From: a virus
Lineage: Duplodnaviria; Caudoviricetes
DNA: 64,000 nucleotides
Strand: one strand, 5' to 3'
IMG/VR virus record: IMGVR_UViG_3300047160_005790
Coordinates: 1 to 64,000 of that record
The notes below the pieces were generated by a model. It saw nothing but the letters and a program-made list of their open reading frames with translations, had not been told where the DNA came from and made no database searches. The position numbers and the translations under genes are program-made. Within the stretch, counting starts at the first letter, position 1. Each line of letters starts with the position of its first letter. Below are positions 53,791 to 62,735 of this stretch, in pieces.

Positions 53791-56618
53791 AGGTCTTCCT
53801 CCCGCAACAGGGCGTGTAGGGTCGGAGAAATGCGAATGTCGCCGCTGATCTTCGTGACCATTTTGAGCGCCCACAGATGGTTGATCGTGGCGTTCGCTTC
53901 CTCGCGGGCATAGTTCAACATTTCCTCGACGTCCTGCCGTCGGAAGTGACCTTGGTCTCGTAGGAACGTTGCGAGCCCAGGGCGCCCCTGTAGGAAGTCG
54001 ATCGTCGCCTCGCGGTTGTCGAGCGCGGTTTGTATGTCGCCGCGCAGCTGCTTCGAGCGTTCGGCGTAGCCGAACGTCGGCATGTTGTACAGGTGATCCA
54101 TGAAGCGAACGGCGTCACGAACGTGCGCCGGGGTGATGAGCAGTAACTCGTTCGACTTGTCGCTGCTGAAGGTGCGGGCCGCGAGCGCCGCCGAGACGCG
54201 GGCGATTTTGACCCGAATGTCGGCAGCTTGTACGAGCGGCGGGTCCTCGACGTAGCGCCTGCCCATATCGTTCGCCGCGGCCAGCACCGCTTCCTCGGCG
54301 CCGTCCGTCCAAATCACCTGGTCAGCTTGTCTCGTCCACGCCCACATCAGTAGGTTGTGACAGGCTTCGCTCGTGTAGGTCGCCGTACCGCTCGGCCGCG
54401 CCCGGTTGATGTCCTCGGGGTTGACGTCACCGATCGCGAGCGCCACCACCAGGTCGAAGCGGGCGATGTCCTCAGGGTTGCCGATCAGCGGGCCGAGCGC
54501 TTGTACGCCGTAGGTGAAGTCGGCCATCTTCGCGTTACGCGGGTTGCTCATCCAGATCAGCCGCGTTCGAGCGTACGTCACTTCTTGTTGAATCTTCGTC
54601 AGACGGGCGACGCCTGCCGTTCGCACGTCGCTCATGCGAGAGATCTCTTCGGGCGAGAGGCCGCTCGCCTCGTCAAGTATCACGAGGCGGCGATCGTTGA
54701 TGGGGATGGCGCCCCACGTCACCGTCCAATCGCGACCGCCTATTTGTTGCAGGCCGCCGACGATACCGGCGAAGCTCGCACTTTCACCACCAACGATCTC
54801 GCCAGCCCCGAGATGTCTGACGAGTTGAGTCGCCGCCTCGCTCTTGCCGGTTCGCGTGTCCCCGAGGATGAGGCTTTCGAGCCACGCCTTCCGAATCATC
54901 TGCCCCGCAAACTTAAAGGAGAGTACGCTGTGAAACGTCAGGTCCATGACCGCATGCATTTCGACGCGCCCGATGATCTTCGTTACCTGCGCCGCTAGCT
55001 CGCGGTTGATCTCGACTAGCTTCCTGAGCGGCCCTCGGCTGTCCGATCGGAAGCGGCTCATGAGCTTTACGCGCTCGGGCGTCACTTCGAATCGGTCAAC
55101 GCTCGTTTCGAGGCGCTCTAGTTCCCAGGCCAGGAACTCGTTGACCTGCGTATTCGGGTTCGCGAACAACGCGCCGGTGACATCGACAGTGTTGTTCGGC
55201 AGCGTGTCGTGGTGCCCGACGTTCGTGATCTTGATGTTCTTATAGTCCTGGGCCTTCGTGCCGTCGCTCTGGTCGATACTCGGTCGGCCGAACAACTGCT
55301 CGACTGCCTGATGTTCTGTAACGACGATGGAGAGTTTCTTACAACTCGGGGCGCCGTACTCCTGCCGCACGAGGTCTATGACGTTCTTCGTCGGCGTGTC
55401 GAGCATAGCGAGTATCGTTGGACTTTCCTTCGGTATCTCGATGACCGCGTCGCCGCTGGCCATTAACGGGCAAGTGTCGCAAGCCTTACCGGCGTCTCGC
55501 GAACACGTTAGGCGCGCGACTTTCGGCAGCGAGTAGCCGGGCTCCTTGCGACCCTTGATCGTGACCTGAATGTGAAGCGGCTTGCCGAGGTTGCGGGCGT
55601 CGAAGCTCTCTAGCACCGTCGCCGATATGACACCGACACCGTTCGTGTTTTGCTCGGTCTGCTTGTCCCAGGGCTCTGCCGTCGCGAGCAAGCGCTCGAA
55701 GTCGTTGCGGTCGTACTCGCGCCAGAAGTCGCTGAGGTCTTGGCCGTGCTTCGGTACGCGCGGGTACGGCAGGGCGATTACGCGAACGTCGGCGTTCTTG
55801 CCGAGGATGTGGCCGAGCTTGTTGTTCGCTTTGAAGCCTTTGTCGTCGCAGTCGTGCGCGAGGTAGACGACCATGTCCGAGAACAACTCGGTCCACTTGC
55901 CGTTCCAGGAGTCGGCGGCGCCGGTGCGCGTGATCGCCGGGTAGCCGTTCATGATCGTGAGGATGATGTCCCACTCGCCCTCGCCGATGATGATGAACTC
56001 CGGCTTCGGCTTGATCTGTTGCATCGGGAACAGCGTCGGGCGGTTGTGCCCGGTAAGTCCCCAGATCTTGCGCCGGTTCGGGCCGGGGCGCGGGTTGTAG
56101 CGACGTACGTTGATCAGCTCGCCGTCGAAGTCGCGTACCGGGATCGTGTAAATGCCTTTGCTGCGATCCCAGCCGATCTCGAACCTGATGATGCCGTCGG
56201 TCGTTATGCCGCGTTCGGCAATAAGCGCCTCGCGCTCGGCGTCGCTATTCATCAACACCGAGTGCCAAGCGCTTACTCGCGCCTCGCTCGGTTCTTCGGG
56301 CGGCTTGTCGCTGGTGCGATGCACGCCGCCGTTCGAGGAGACGGCGCCGATCGGCGGCCGCAACCATTCTTCCTGCCTCGCGATCAGGCTGCGAACCGAG
56401 CCGCCCCCGCAACCAGCGTTGCAGTAGTAAACGCCCTTGTCAACGTTGAGCGTTGCCGATCGAACTACGTCCGCGATACCTTTGTCGCCGTGTAGCGGGC
56501 AATGTAGGTTGATCTCGCGCGTCGGCGGATCATCATACGTGTTGAGGTAGGAAGCATGGTCGCCGCCACCTTCGAGGTAGGGCCGCAACAGATCAAGTTG
56601 TCGTTTAGTTATCGGCAT
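53787..56618 (-). CDS. DnaG-type primase-MCM helicase fusion
   Basis: Zn finger CPLH...CNAGC; TOPRIM GEGEWD and HDCD; Zn motif C...CDTC; Walker A GDTRTGKS; Walker B ILDE; SNP; arginine finger RFDL; C-terminal winged helix. Confidence 0.85.
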   Translation of the reverse strand: MPITKRQLDLLRPYLEGGGDHASYLNTYDDPPTREINLHCPLHGDKGIADVVRSATLNVDKGVYYCNAGCGGGSVRSLIARQEEWLRPPIGAVSSNGGVHRTSDKPPEEPSEARVSAWHSVLMNSDAEREALIAERGITTDGIIRFEIGWDRSKGIYTIPVRDFDGELINVRRYNPRPGPNRRKIWGLTGHNRPTLFPMQQIKPKPEFIIIGEGEWDIILTIMNGYPAITRTGAADSWNGKWTELFSDMVVYLAHDCDDKGFKANNKLGHILGKNADVRVIALPYPRVPKHGQDLSDFWREYDRNDFERLLATAEPWDKQTEQNTNGVGVISATVLESFDARNLGKPLHIQVTIKGRKEPGYSLPKVARLTCSRDAGKACDTCPLMASGDAVIEIPKESPTILAMLDTPTKNVIDLVRQEYGAPSCKKLSIVVTEHQAVEQLFGRPSIDQSDGTKAQDYKNIKITNVGHHDTLPNNTVDVTGALFANPNTQVNEFLAWELERLETSVDRFEVTPERVKLMSRFRSDSRGPLRKLVEINRELAAQVTKIIGRVEMHAVMDLTFHSVLSFKFAGQMIRKAWLESLILGDTRTGKSEAATQLVRHLGAGEIVGGESASFAGIVGGLQQIGGRDWTVTWGAIPINDRRLVILDEASGLSPEEISRMSDVRTAGVARLTKIQQEVTYARTRLIWMSNPRNAKMADFTYGVQALGPLIGNPEDIARFDLVVALAIGDVNPEDINRARPSGTATYTSEACHNLLMWAWTRQADQVIWTDGAEEAVLAAANDMGRRYVEDPPLVQAADIRVKIARVSAALAARTFSSDKSNELLLITPAHVRDAVRFMDHLYNMPTFGYAERSKQLRGDIQTALDNREATIDFLQGRPGLATFLRDQGHFRRQDVEEMLNYAREEANATINHLWALKMVTKISGDIRISPTLHALLREEDL

Positions 56619-56626
56619 AGCTGAGA

Positions 56627-56658
56627 GGAGGGGGCCGGGATGGAGACCGACCCCCTCC
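56627..56658 (-). promoter_or_regulatory. 12-bp hairpin just upstream of the primase-helicase start
   Basis: GGAGGGGGTCGG / CCGGCCCCCTCC on the minus strand. Confidence 0.5.
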
Positions 56659-56662
56659 GCCG

Positions 56663-56938
56663 TCAGCCGGACCGTTTCGTCAACCTACTCGCTCTGATTC
56701 CGAGCTTGCTGTACATCGCCTTGCGGACTTTGTAGAGCTCTTGTGCGAACGCACGAGGCTCAACGCGATACCGCCTCGCGTCGTACTCGCGGACGATTTC
56801 CTCGAACAGTTCATCGGTCGAGTCGTCCGCGACGTCCCAGGCGACGGTCGTAGGGTTGACCAGATTCATAGTGAGCTGGTACCCGTTGAGGGAGAGCACG
56901 CTCGCCAGTGCGAGATCAGTTGTCGAGTAGCCCGACAC
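56663..56938 (-). CDS. DUF5659-like small protein
   Basis: YSTTDLALASVL..NGY. Confidence 0.55.
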   Translation of the reverse strand: MSGYSTTDLALASVLSLNGYQLTMNLVNPTTVAWDVADDSTDELFEEIVREYDARRYRVEPRAFAQELYKVRKAMYSKLGIRASRLTKRSG

Positions 56939-56953
56939 CGTTGCTTGGTCGTA

Positions 56954-57847
56954 CTACTCGTCGCCTTCAAACGGGTTGGAGCCGTCGTCCTCGCGCAAAA
57001 CGGCGACCAGCTTGTCCTTCGAGAGTCGGCCGCTCGGCATGTCGAGCTTGCGGTCAGCGATCTCGTCCTTCAGCTCCTTGACTTCCCACTCGTCGTAGTC
57101 GTCCTCTGGAGCCGCTGCCCCGGCGCCGTCGCCGCCGCCCGACTCGTCGCTTTCGGTAAGGGCGTCGATGTACTTCTGCGTCGTCTTGCGGCCGCTGATT
57201 TCGAGGCCGCGCTCCTCGGCTTCCGCCTTCAGCTCATCGAGCGACCACGCCGAGTAGTCCTCCGGCTCGCCGCCGTCGGCGGCAGCGCCGTCGCTGCTCT
57301 GCGCCTCGTCGTCCTCGACAAGAATGCCGATCAACTTCGCACTCGTAGCGCGGCCGGTGATCTCGAGCCCGCGCTCCCCGATCTCTGCCTTCAAATCGTC
57401 GAGGGACCATTCCTCGTAGTTCTCCGGCCCCTCGCCGCCATCGTCGCCGTCGGCAGGCTCGTCGCCGTTGTCGCCGCCGCGCAACGGCAGGAGGGTGCCA
57501 GCGCGGGCGACGTAGTTGCCTTCGTACGAGTCGCCGACGACCTTGACGCGCATCTTCTTGCCGACGATCTTGTCGGTGTCGATCTCGCCCTTGTCGCGTA
57601 GGCCAAGTGCCTTCACGAATTCCTTGAGCTTCCAGTCGCTGCGCTGGCTGAGGCCGATGTACGTGTGAACAGGCACATAGTCCTCGTCCACGAACTCCAG
57701 CGTCAGATGAATATCGTTCGCCGGGTCGCCGTTGGTCTTCTCGGTGCGCTGCTCAGCGTCGCGAATCGCCACCGTGTAGGTGCCGACCTTTGCGTGATCG
57801 CCGCTTCGTGACTCTACGTCAGAAACATCATACTTTATGCGTGCCAT
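56954..57847 (-). CDS. ssDNA-binding protein (DUF669-like) with three C-terminal SAP/HeH-like repeats
   Basis: GTY.V.I...E...W.LKEF..ALG; three Y..WS...LK.E...RGL...G....L...L units. Confidence 0.7.
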   Translation of the reverse strand: MARIKYDVSDVESRSGDHAKVGTYTVAIRDAEQRTEKTNGDPANDIHLTLEFVDEDYVPVHTYIGLSQRSDWKLKEFVKALGLRDKGEIDTDKIVGKKMRVKVVGDSYEGNYVARAGTLLPLRGGDNGDEPADGDDGGEGPENYEEWSLDDLKAEIGERGLEITGRATSAKLIGILVEDDEAQSSDGAAADGGEPEDYSAWSLDELKAEAEERGLEISGRKTTQKYIDALTESDESGGGDGAGAAAPEDDYDEWEVKELKDEIADRKLDMPSGRLSKDKLVAVLREDDGSNPFEGDE

Positions 57848-58686
57848 CAGCTACTTCGCTCCCTTCTCGTAGTACGAGTCGATGTTCGACGTGCCGCCGG
57901 TCGTTGTGTTGGTCGGCGCCCCTCCCTTCGTTGCGGCGCGGCCGCTTGTCGCGCCTCTTCGATACCAGCCATGAACTTCTCCATCGTCGGATCGACGATG
58001 TTGCCGTTCGGCGGGAAGGCGTTGTACTGATTCTTGGCGTAGACGTATTCAGTCTTCTGGGTACGCAAGATACGCTGGGTGATCTGCTTACCGCCGCGTT
58101 CCCGCTCGGCTACTTCGAGGTAGCCGACGACGTTCATGTAGCCGCAGACCTTCGAGATCATGCCCTTGCCCTGAATCCACGGTAGGCGCTTGATGCCACC
58201 GTTGTCCGACATCGGATCGGGCAGGTCTTCCGAGTGTGCCGTGATACCGAAGTTGAACATGTCGGGGCCGACCATGTAGCGCACCCATTCGCCGATGCGC
58301 TCCATATTGATGCCGTACTCCAGCTTGTCGCGGCCGTACTCGCGTCGCTTCGGATTGCGGTCGAGCGTCTGCTCCCAGATGTCATCGAGTCCGACATCTT
58401 GCCAGAGCGAGATCGAATCGAGCCACACCCAGTCCCAGTCGGCGCCGTCATGTCGGCAGTATTCGAGCGCCTCCCAGGCGTCTGTCCAGTTCTGTACGAC
58501 CCATTCTTCGCAACCGCTGCCGCGAATCGGCTGAACTTGGTCGAGCGGCGGCCGGATGATGAGGATCTTGTAGCTGCGTCCGCCGGTGCCGATGAAGGAG
58601 GTCTTCCCGGCCGAGGGGTCACCGTGTATCAGGGCGCAGATGTGCTCGCGAGTCGAGACGGGCTTGATCGAGGGATGCTTCGCCAT
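57847..58686 (-). CDS. AAA_24 (Sak4-like) ATPase
   Basis: LIHGDPSAGKT Walker A; VWLDSIS Walker B. Confidence 0.85.
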   Translation of the reverse strand: MAKHPSIKPVSTREHICALIHGDPSAGKTSFIGTGGRSYKILIIRPPLDQVQPIRGSGCEEWVVQNWTDAWEALEYCRHDGADWDWVWLDSISLWQDVGLDDIWEQTLDRNPKRREYGRDKLEYGINMERIGEWVRYMVGPDMFNFGITAHSEDLPDPMSDNGGIKRLPWIQGKGMISKVCGYMNVVGYLEVAERERGGKQITQRILRTQKTEYVYAKNQYNAFPPNGNIVDPTMEKFMAGIEEARQAAAPQRREGRRPTQRPAARRTSTRTTRRERSS

Positions 58687-58925
58687 CAGGGTAGTTCACA
58701 AAGCAACGTCACGTAGGTGACGCCGCTGCCGCCGAGGGTCGTTTCCGGGTGGTCGTTGTAGAAGAACGTGCGCTCCTTCACCTTCAACGCGAAGTCGATG
58801 CCGCTTTCGTCCCGGTAGCCGATGATCTCGTCGGGCAACGGGATCGGTACGCTCTCGGCGCCTTCGATCACGTACTCGAATTCCTTCATTTCTGTTTCAT
58901 GTTTGATGTGAAGCTCGACTCTCAT
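58686..58925 (-). CDS. Hypothetical protein
   Basis: Coupled stop/start on both sides. Confidence 0.55.
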   Translation of the reverse strand: MRVELHIKHETEMKEFEYVIEGAESVPIPLPDEIIGYRDESGIDFALKVKERTFFYNDHPETTLGGSGVTYVTLLCELP

Positions 58926-59296
58926 GATTCCTCGATTTCCTCGGCTTCGGCGTCAACCTCGTTCGCCGGGTCCAGAGCCTCGAAGTGATCGTGAATGGCA
59001 CTGCCCGTTAGCGCCGACGGCGCCGTGCGTGGTTGGTTGACGCGGCCGGTCTTGATCTGCCCGGCTACGTCGAAGCTGATCACGAGATCGTGGTCGAACT
59101 CCATCGTGACCAAGTGCCCTTCGTTCCTCATGCGCGTCAGGGTGCGACCGACGAGCGCGTTTTGCCCGAAGATATCACCTGAGATGCGCCCCGCTAGCGC
59201 CTCGGTCGCGACAGCTTCCTGATCGCCTTCGAACGTCACCTTGGTCGTTTTTGGCCCGAATTGTTGGGCGGGCCGTACGTCGTCTTGTTCGCTCAC
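58922..59296 (-). CDS. Hypothetical protein
   Basis: GTG after AAGGAGG. Confidence 0.6.
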   Translation of the reverse strand: MSEQDDVRPAQQFGPKTTKVTFEGDQEAVATEALAGRISGDIFGQNALVGRTLTRMRNEGHLVTMEFDHDLVISFDVAGQIKTGRVNQPRTAPSALTGSAIHDHFEALDPANEVDAEAEEIEES

Positions 59297-59447
59297 GTTG
59301 TCGCCCCCTCCTTGTAGGGTGGAGCGCTCGGTTGGGTAGGGTCGCCCCGGTCACAGGGCGGGGGTAGGACCGAGCGCTCCGTCGAGGCGGCACTGCGCGC
59401 GGCTCCCCTCAGCAAGCAGAGCAGCACCGCCTCGGCGCAACGTTCGA

Positions 59448-60299
59448 TCATCGGAAGAACTCCGTCGCCATCACGACGTCCTTCATTTCGAACACCCAGG
59501 CCTCCTTTACAGCGCGGTACGCCGCCTCGCCGATCCAATCTCCGAACATGAGTCGCCACTTACAAGCGAAGCGCTTGCTCGGGTGACTGACGTACTTCGG
59601 CCAAAGCTCGTATGCGATCTCGTGGCAGCGCTGTTCGAGCGTCGCTCGCTGATCGACACCGCCTGCGAAGCCGGTAATGCCGCCGGGGTCCTTCGGCTTG
59701 TTGACGGACTTGATGTGAAGGCTGGTCGAGACGTACCACATATGACCGGCGCGTACGATGCGACGGCCGATCTCCGACGTATCGTGGTACACCGTCAGCC
59801 GCGGCTCGAAGTTGCCCGCCAGCAAAGCGATCCGTACGCTGATGGCCATTGCCTTGTCCTTCGGAGCGCCGGTCGCGAGGCAGAGGCCGGGTTCCTTCGC
59901 TAGCTCGTTGCCGTTCGGGTACCAGAGGCCGTAGGGCGGCATCCAGCCGCCGCACACGCCGCCGCGCCCGGCCGCGACGAATTCAAGCAGCGGCCGAACG
60001 TCGCCGCCGGTCGGGCGCGTATCGTCGTCCGCCTGTATGAAAGCATCCCAGCCTAAGCGGTTCGCGAGCAACACACTACTGGCGCGGGCGTAGCCGACGC
60101 CGCGGTTGCTACGCTGATGATGATAGATTCGAACGTTGCGCCCGAGCCCCAAGTGCCGCACTTCCAGGTCGTAGTCGAACACTTGCTTGCGTTCGGTCAG
60201 TATGAGGATCGGAACGTCTTGTTCGACCCAGAACGGTAGCGTCTGCGGCAGGATGTCGTGAGCGCGGTCGCGGCTGAGGATGATGACGCCGCCCTTCAC
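59448..60299 (-). CDS. GT-A fold glycosyltransferase
   Basis: IILSRDR, GVGYAR and FIQADDD (DxD) motifs. Confidence 0.75.
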   Translation of the reverse strand: MKGGVIILSRDRAHDILPQTLPFWVEQDVPILILTERKQVFDYDLEVRHLGLGRNVRIYHHQRSNRGVGYARASSVLLANRLGWDAFIQADDDTRPTGGDVRPLLEFVAAGRGGVCGGWMPPYGLWYPNGNELAKEPGLCLATGAPKDKAMAISVRIALLAGNFEPRLTVYHDTSEIGRRIVRAGHMWYVSTSLHIKSVNKPKDPGGITGFAGGVDQRATLEQRCHEIAYELWPKYVSHPSKRFACKWRLMFGDWIGEAAYRAVKEAWVFEMKDVVMATEFFR

Positions 60300-60589
60300 G
60301 TTGACGACACCTTGCGCAACGCCTGATCTACGCCGCGGCGGGCTTCGTGTAGCCAGCGTTCGACTTCGCTACGGCGCCCGCGCAACGTGAAGTGATGGCT
60401 CGACGCCTCGGCCGCGTAGATGAACTGAACGGCCGCGTACGGCAGCGGCACCTTGACCACGTAGTCGTACTCGGGCGGCAACGGAGTATCTCGTCGCCTC
60501 AAAGCGTTACCTTCGCTGCGAATACCATCGTCGCGAAGCCGAACAAGAGCACTGCCGTCGCTAAGGTACGTCGGAACCACACTCGCCAT
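60296..60589 (-). CDS. Hypothetical protein
   Basis: ATG after AGGAGG. Confidence 0.6.
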   Translation of the reverse strand: MASVVPTYLSDGSALVRLRDDGIRSEGNALRRRDTPLPPEYDYVVKVPLPYAAVQFIYAAEASSHHFTLRGRRSEVERWLHEARRGVDQALRKVSST

Positions 60590-60674
60590 CGCCTCCTGAG
60601 GAAATTGTATGTAGTGGGCCGCGTCGTCCGTCGGGGAGAGGCGGTGGAGTTAGTGCCACGGCGCGGCCCACTGC

Positions 60675-61805
60675 TCATCGACGCTCTCCCTCGATCTCGT
60701 ACGTTGTGTACGGATCGTAGTGAACGAGGGTTCCGTCGATAAGTTCTTGGTAGTCGTTGCCCGTCTCGTGTAGCTCGCAGATATCGAGCAGGTGACAGAA
60801 CGGGCAGTTCATCTGACTCGGTGACTTGTCGGGAACTTCTTCGCCGTTGCGCATGCGCTGCATCCGGTAGAACTCTCGGAGCGCGCGGCTGCGCACCTGG
60901 CCCTTTTCAAATTCGTCGCGATACACCGGGTGACGAACGAAGTAGGGCGGCGGCTGCTTCTTGCTAATGCCGCCGTCTTTGTTGAGGCTCTGCCCTTTCT
61001 CGTTCTTCGGCCGATCGTCCGGCATCGCCTTGCGAAGGAAGTTGAAGATCATTCCGGCGAGCTGCTGCCGGGGCCGGAGGATTCGGTTGTCGTATAGCCA
61101 ATCGACACCCCACGTCCAGTACGCGCTGGCTTGCTCATCAAGGCGTAGATAGCGCGTGTCGATTCGGCTCTTGTTCGTCGTTTTGTGATCCGGCAGCCAC
61201 AACTTGCGGGTCGAGCGATTCTTCCACAAGCCGTCGAGCGTGCCGACGTAGATGAACAGCGGCTTGCCGTCCGGATCGCTGACGATCTGATAGAAGGGCT
61301 GCTCGGTCGCGAGCACCTCCCATTCGTCATCGGCGCCGAACGTATCGACGTAGTTGTTGAGTATTGCGACGCCTAGCTCGCCCGCGTCGTGCCACACCGT
61401 CTCGTCGGCTTCGTCGATGTACTCTCGTATGTCGAAGCCGCCGACCGCCTCCCGCTCGGCAGTGTACAGTTGTTCGAACACCCCTGCCGGGTGCGGGCCG
61501 CGTTTGATGCCGGGCTTGTAGTAGGCGGCGAGCGCTTGATGTATCAGGGTGCCGAAGCGCAGCGCCGGGCGATCGGTGCGCGCCCGCCTTTGCTCGACGT
61601 AGCTCCAGTACCATTGCCACTCGCAACGCTTGAACGAGCTTCGCTCGCTCGTGCGCAGCATCGGGAGGGCCGCAGCCCGAGGACCGCGGGATGAGGGTAC
61701 CGCGTCGGCGCGACGGCGGCCCTCCCCATGTTGCTCAGCGTTTCGAGTTTCAGCTGTAGCTGCCTGTCGAGCCGCTCGCGTACGGTGACGAACCGTAGTA
61801 GACAT
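60675..61805 (-). CDS. PD-(D/E)XK (RecB/Cas4-like) exonuclease
   Basis: TSERSSFKRC..W, FGTLIH, ATEQPF, GTLDGL, LPDHKT, QASAY and CPFC....CE. Confidence 0.85.
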   Translation of the reverse strand: MSTTVRHRTRAARQAATAETRNAEQHGEGRRRADAVPSSRGPRAAALPMLRTSERSSFKRCEWQWYWSYVEQRRARTDRPALRFGTLIHQALAAYYKPGIKRGPHPAGVFEQLYTAEREAVGGFDIREYIDEADETVWHDAGELGVAILNNYVDTFGADDEWEVLATEQPFYQIVSDPDGKPLFIYVGTLDGLWKNRSTRKLWLPDHKTTNKSRIDTRYLRLDEQASAYWTWGVDWLYDNRILRPRQQLAGMIFNFLRKAMPDDRPKNEKGQSLNKDGGISKKQPPPYFVRHPVYRDEFEKGQVRSRALREFYRMQRMRNGEEVPDKSPSQMNCPFCHLLDICELHETGNDYQELIDGTLVHYDPYTTYEIEGERR

Positions 61806-61825
61806 ATCCCCTCATCTTTTTCTCC

Positions 61826-61888
61826 TCTCCGGCCCGGACATCCCGGCCGACGAAGCCGGTACCTTACTCGATCTCCGGCCCGGAGTAA
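61826..61888. promoter_or_regulatory. Two 13-bp direct repeats TCTCCGGCCCGGA (operator-like)
   Basis: Copies at 61826 and 61872 in the gap upstream of the nuclease gene. Confidence 0.5.
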
Positions 61889-61908
61889 AGAGATCCAAAA
61901 GTTGTTGA

Positions 61909-62205
61909 TTAGCAGGGCTTTCTTCCTTCTTCCGCGGAATTGATATGTAAAATCTCCGTCGCCAATTCTTTTGCCAATTTCCGCGTTCGGGCCGTTCCAA
62001 CCCGTATGCGCCTCTTTCCTGCAAAGCGCCCAAATTCCCAACTATCATTGCTGAGCACGATGTACACGAGCGCGCCCGCGGGGCCGTAGCCCGAGTACCC
62101 GCCGCCCGTTAACTCATCGACCTTTCGCCAGGTCACTTTCACCCGAGCGCGCCGCTCAGCTTCACGGCGCGCTCGAAACTCGTTGAACTCGTCGGTGTGA
62201 CTCAC
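61909..62205 (-). CDS. Hypothetical protein
   Basis: GTG coupled to the upstream stop. Confidence 0.5.
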   Translation of the reverse strand: MSHTDEFNEFRARREAERRARVKVTWRKVDELTGGGYSGYGPAGALVYIVLSNDSWEFGRFAGKRRIRVGTARTRKLAKELATEILHINSAEEGRKPC

Positions 62206-62402
62206 ACGACTTCCAGAGTCGCATGAATCGTGTCGCCCTCGGGGCCGCCCTCGAAGTGAACATCGATCAGCTGCGCCGACATCAGATTTGTGCCCATATC
62301 TCCAGTTCGAACATGCCACACGATGTGCGCAGTCGGGTGTTCGCCGATCTGCATGTCGAGTTCCTCTTCCCACGAGTTGTCTGTCAGTTCTTCGCCCATC
62401 AA
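62202..62402 (-). CDS. Hypothetical acidic protein
   Basis: Start after AAAGGGGG. Confidence 0.5.
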   Translation of the reverse strand: MMGEELTDNSWEEELDMQIGEHPTAHIVWHVRTGDMGTNLMSAQLIDVHFEGGPEGDTIHATLEVV

Positions 62403-62735
62403 CTTCCCCCTTTCATTTTGGCCATTCGGTACCTCCTATAGTATGGCTTTCGAAGCTCCGGTTGGAACTTCCGCCCGCTCGGGGTGCGAAGCCGAGCGAG
62501 CGGCAGGCCCAACCAGCCTGCGGGCTCACCGTGCCCAACGGCGAGCCCTTGCGAGCGCGACAGGGGGTCTCCGTTCGCGCTCACATTTGACTACGGGTGA
62601 GTCTTAGTCGAGAACAGCGACCCCTTGTTGTCGAACACCGTGCCCTGACCGTTGTGGACGCTCGTCGATGCCCACGCCCAGAACGCCAGATAGATGAATA
62701 CGAGTACGAGCCCGGCGAGCAGAATTCGCCCACCG

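Noticed and set aside
60675-61805. Cas4-like nuclease as evidence of a CRISPR system
   Set aside because: No repeat-spacer array or other cas genes. It sits in a standard nuclease/AAA_24/SSB recombination module.
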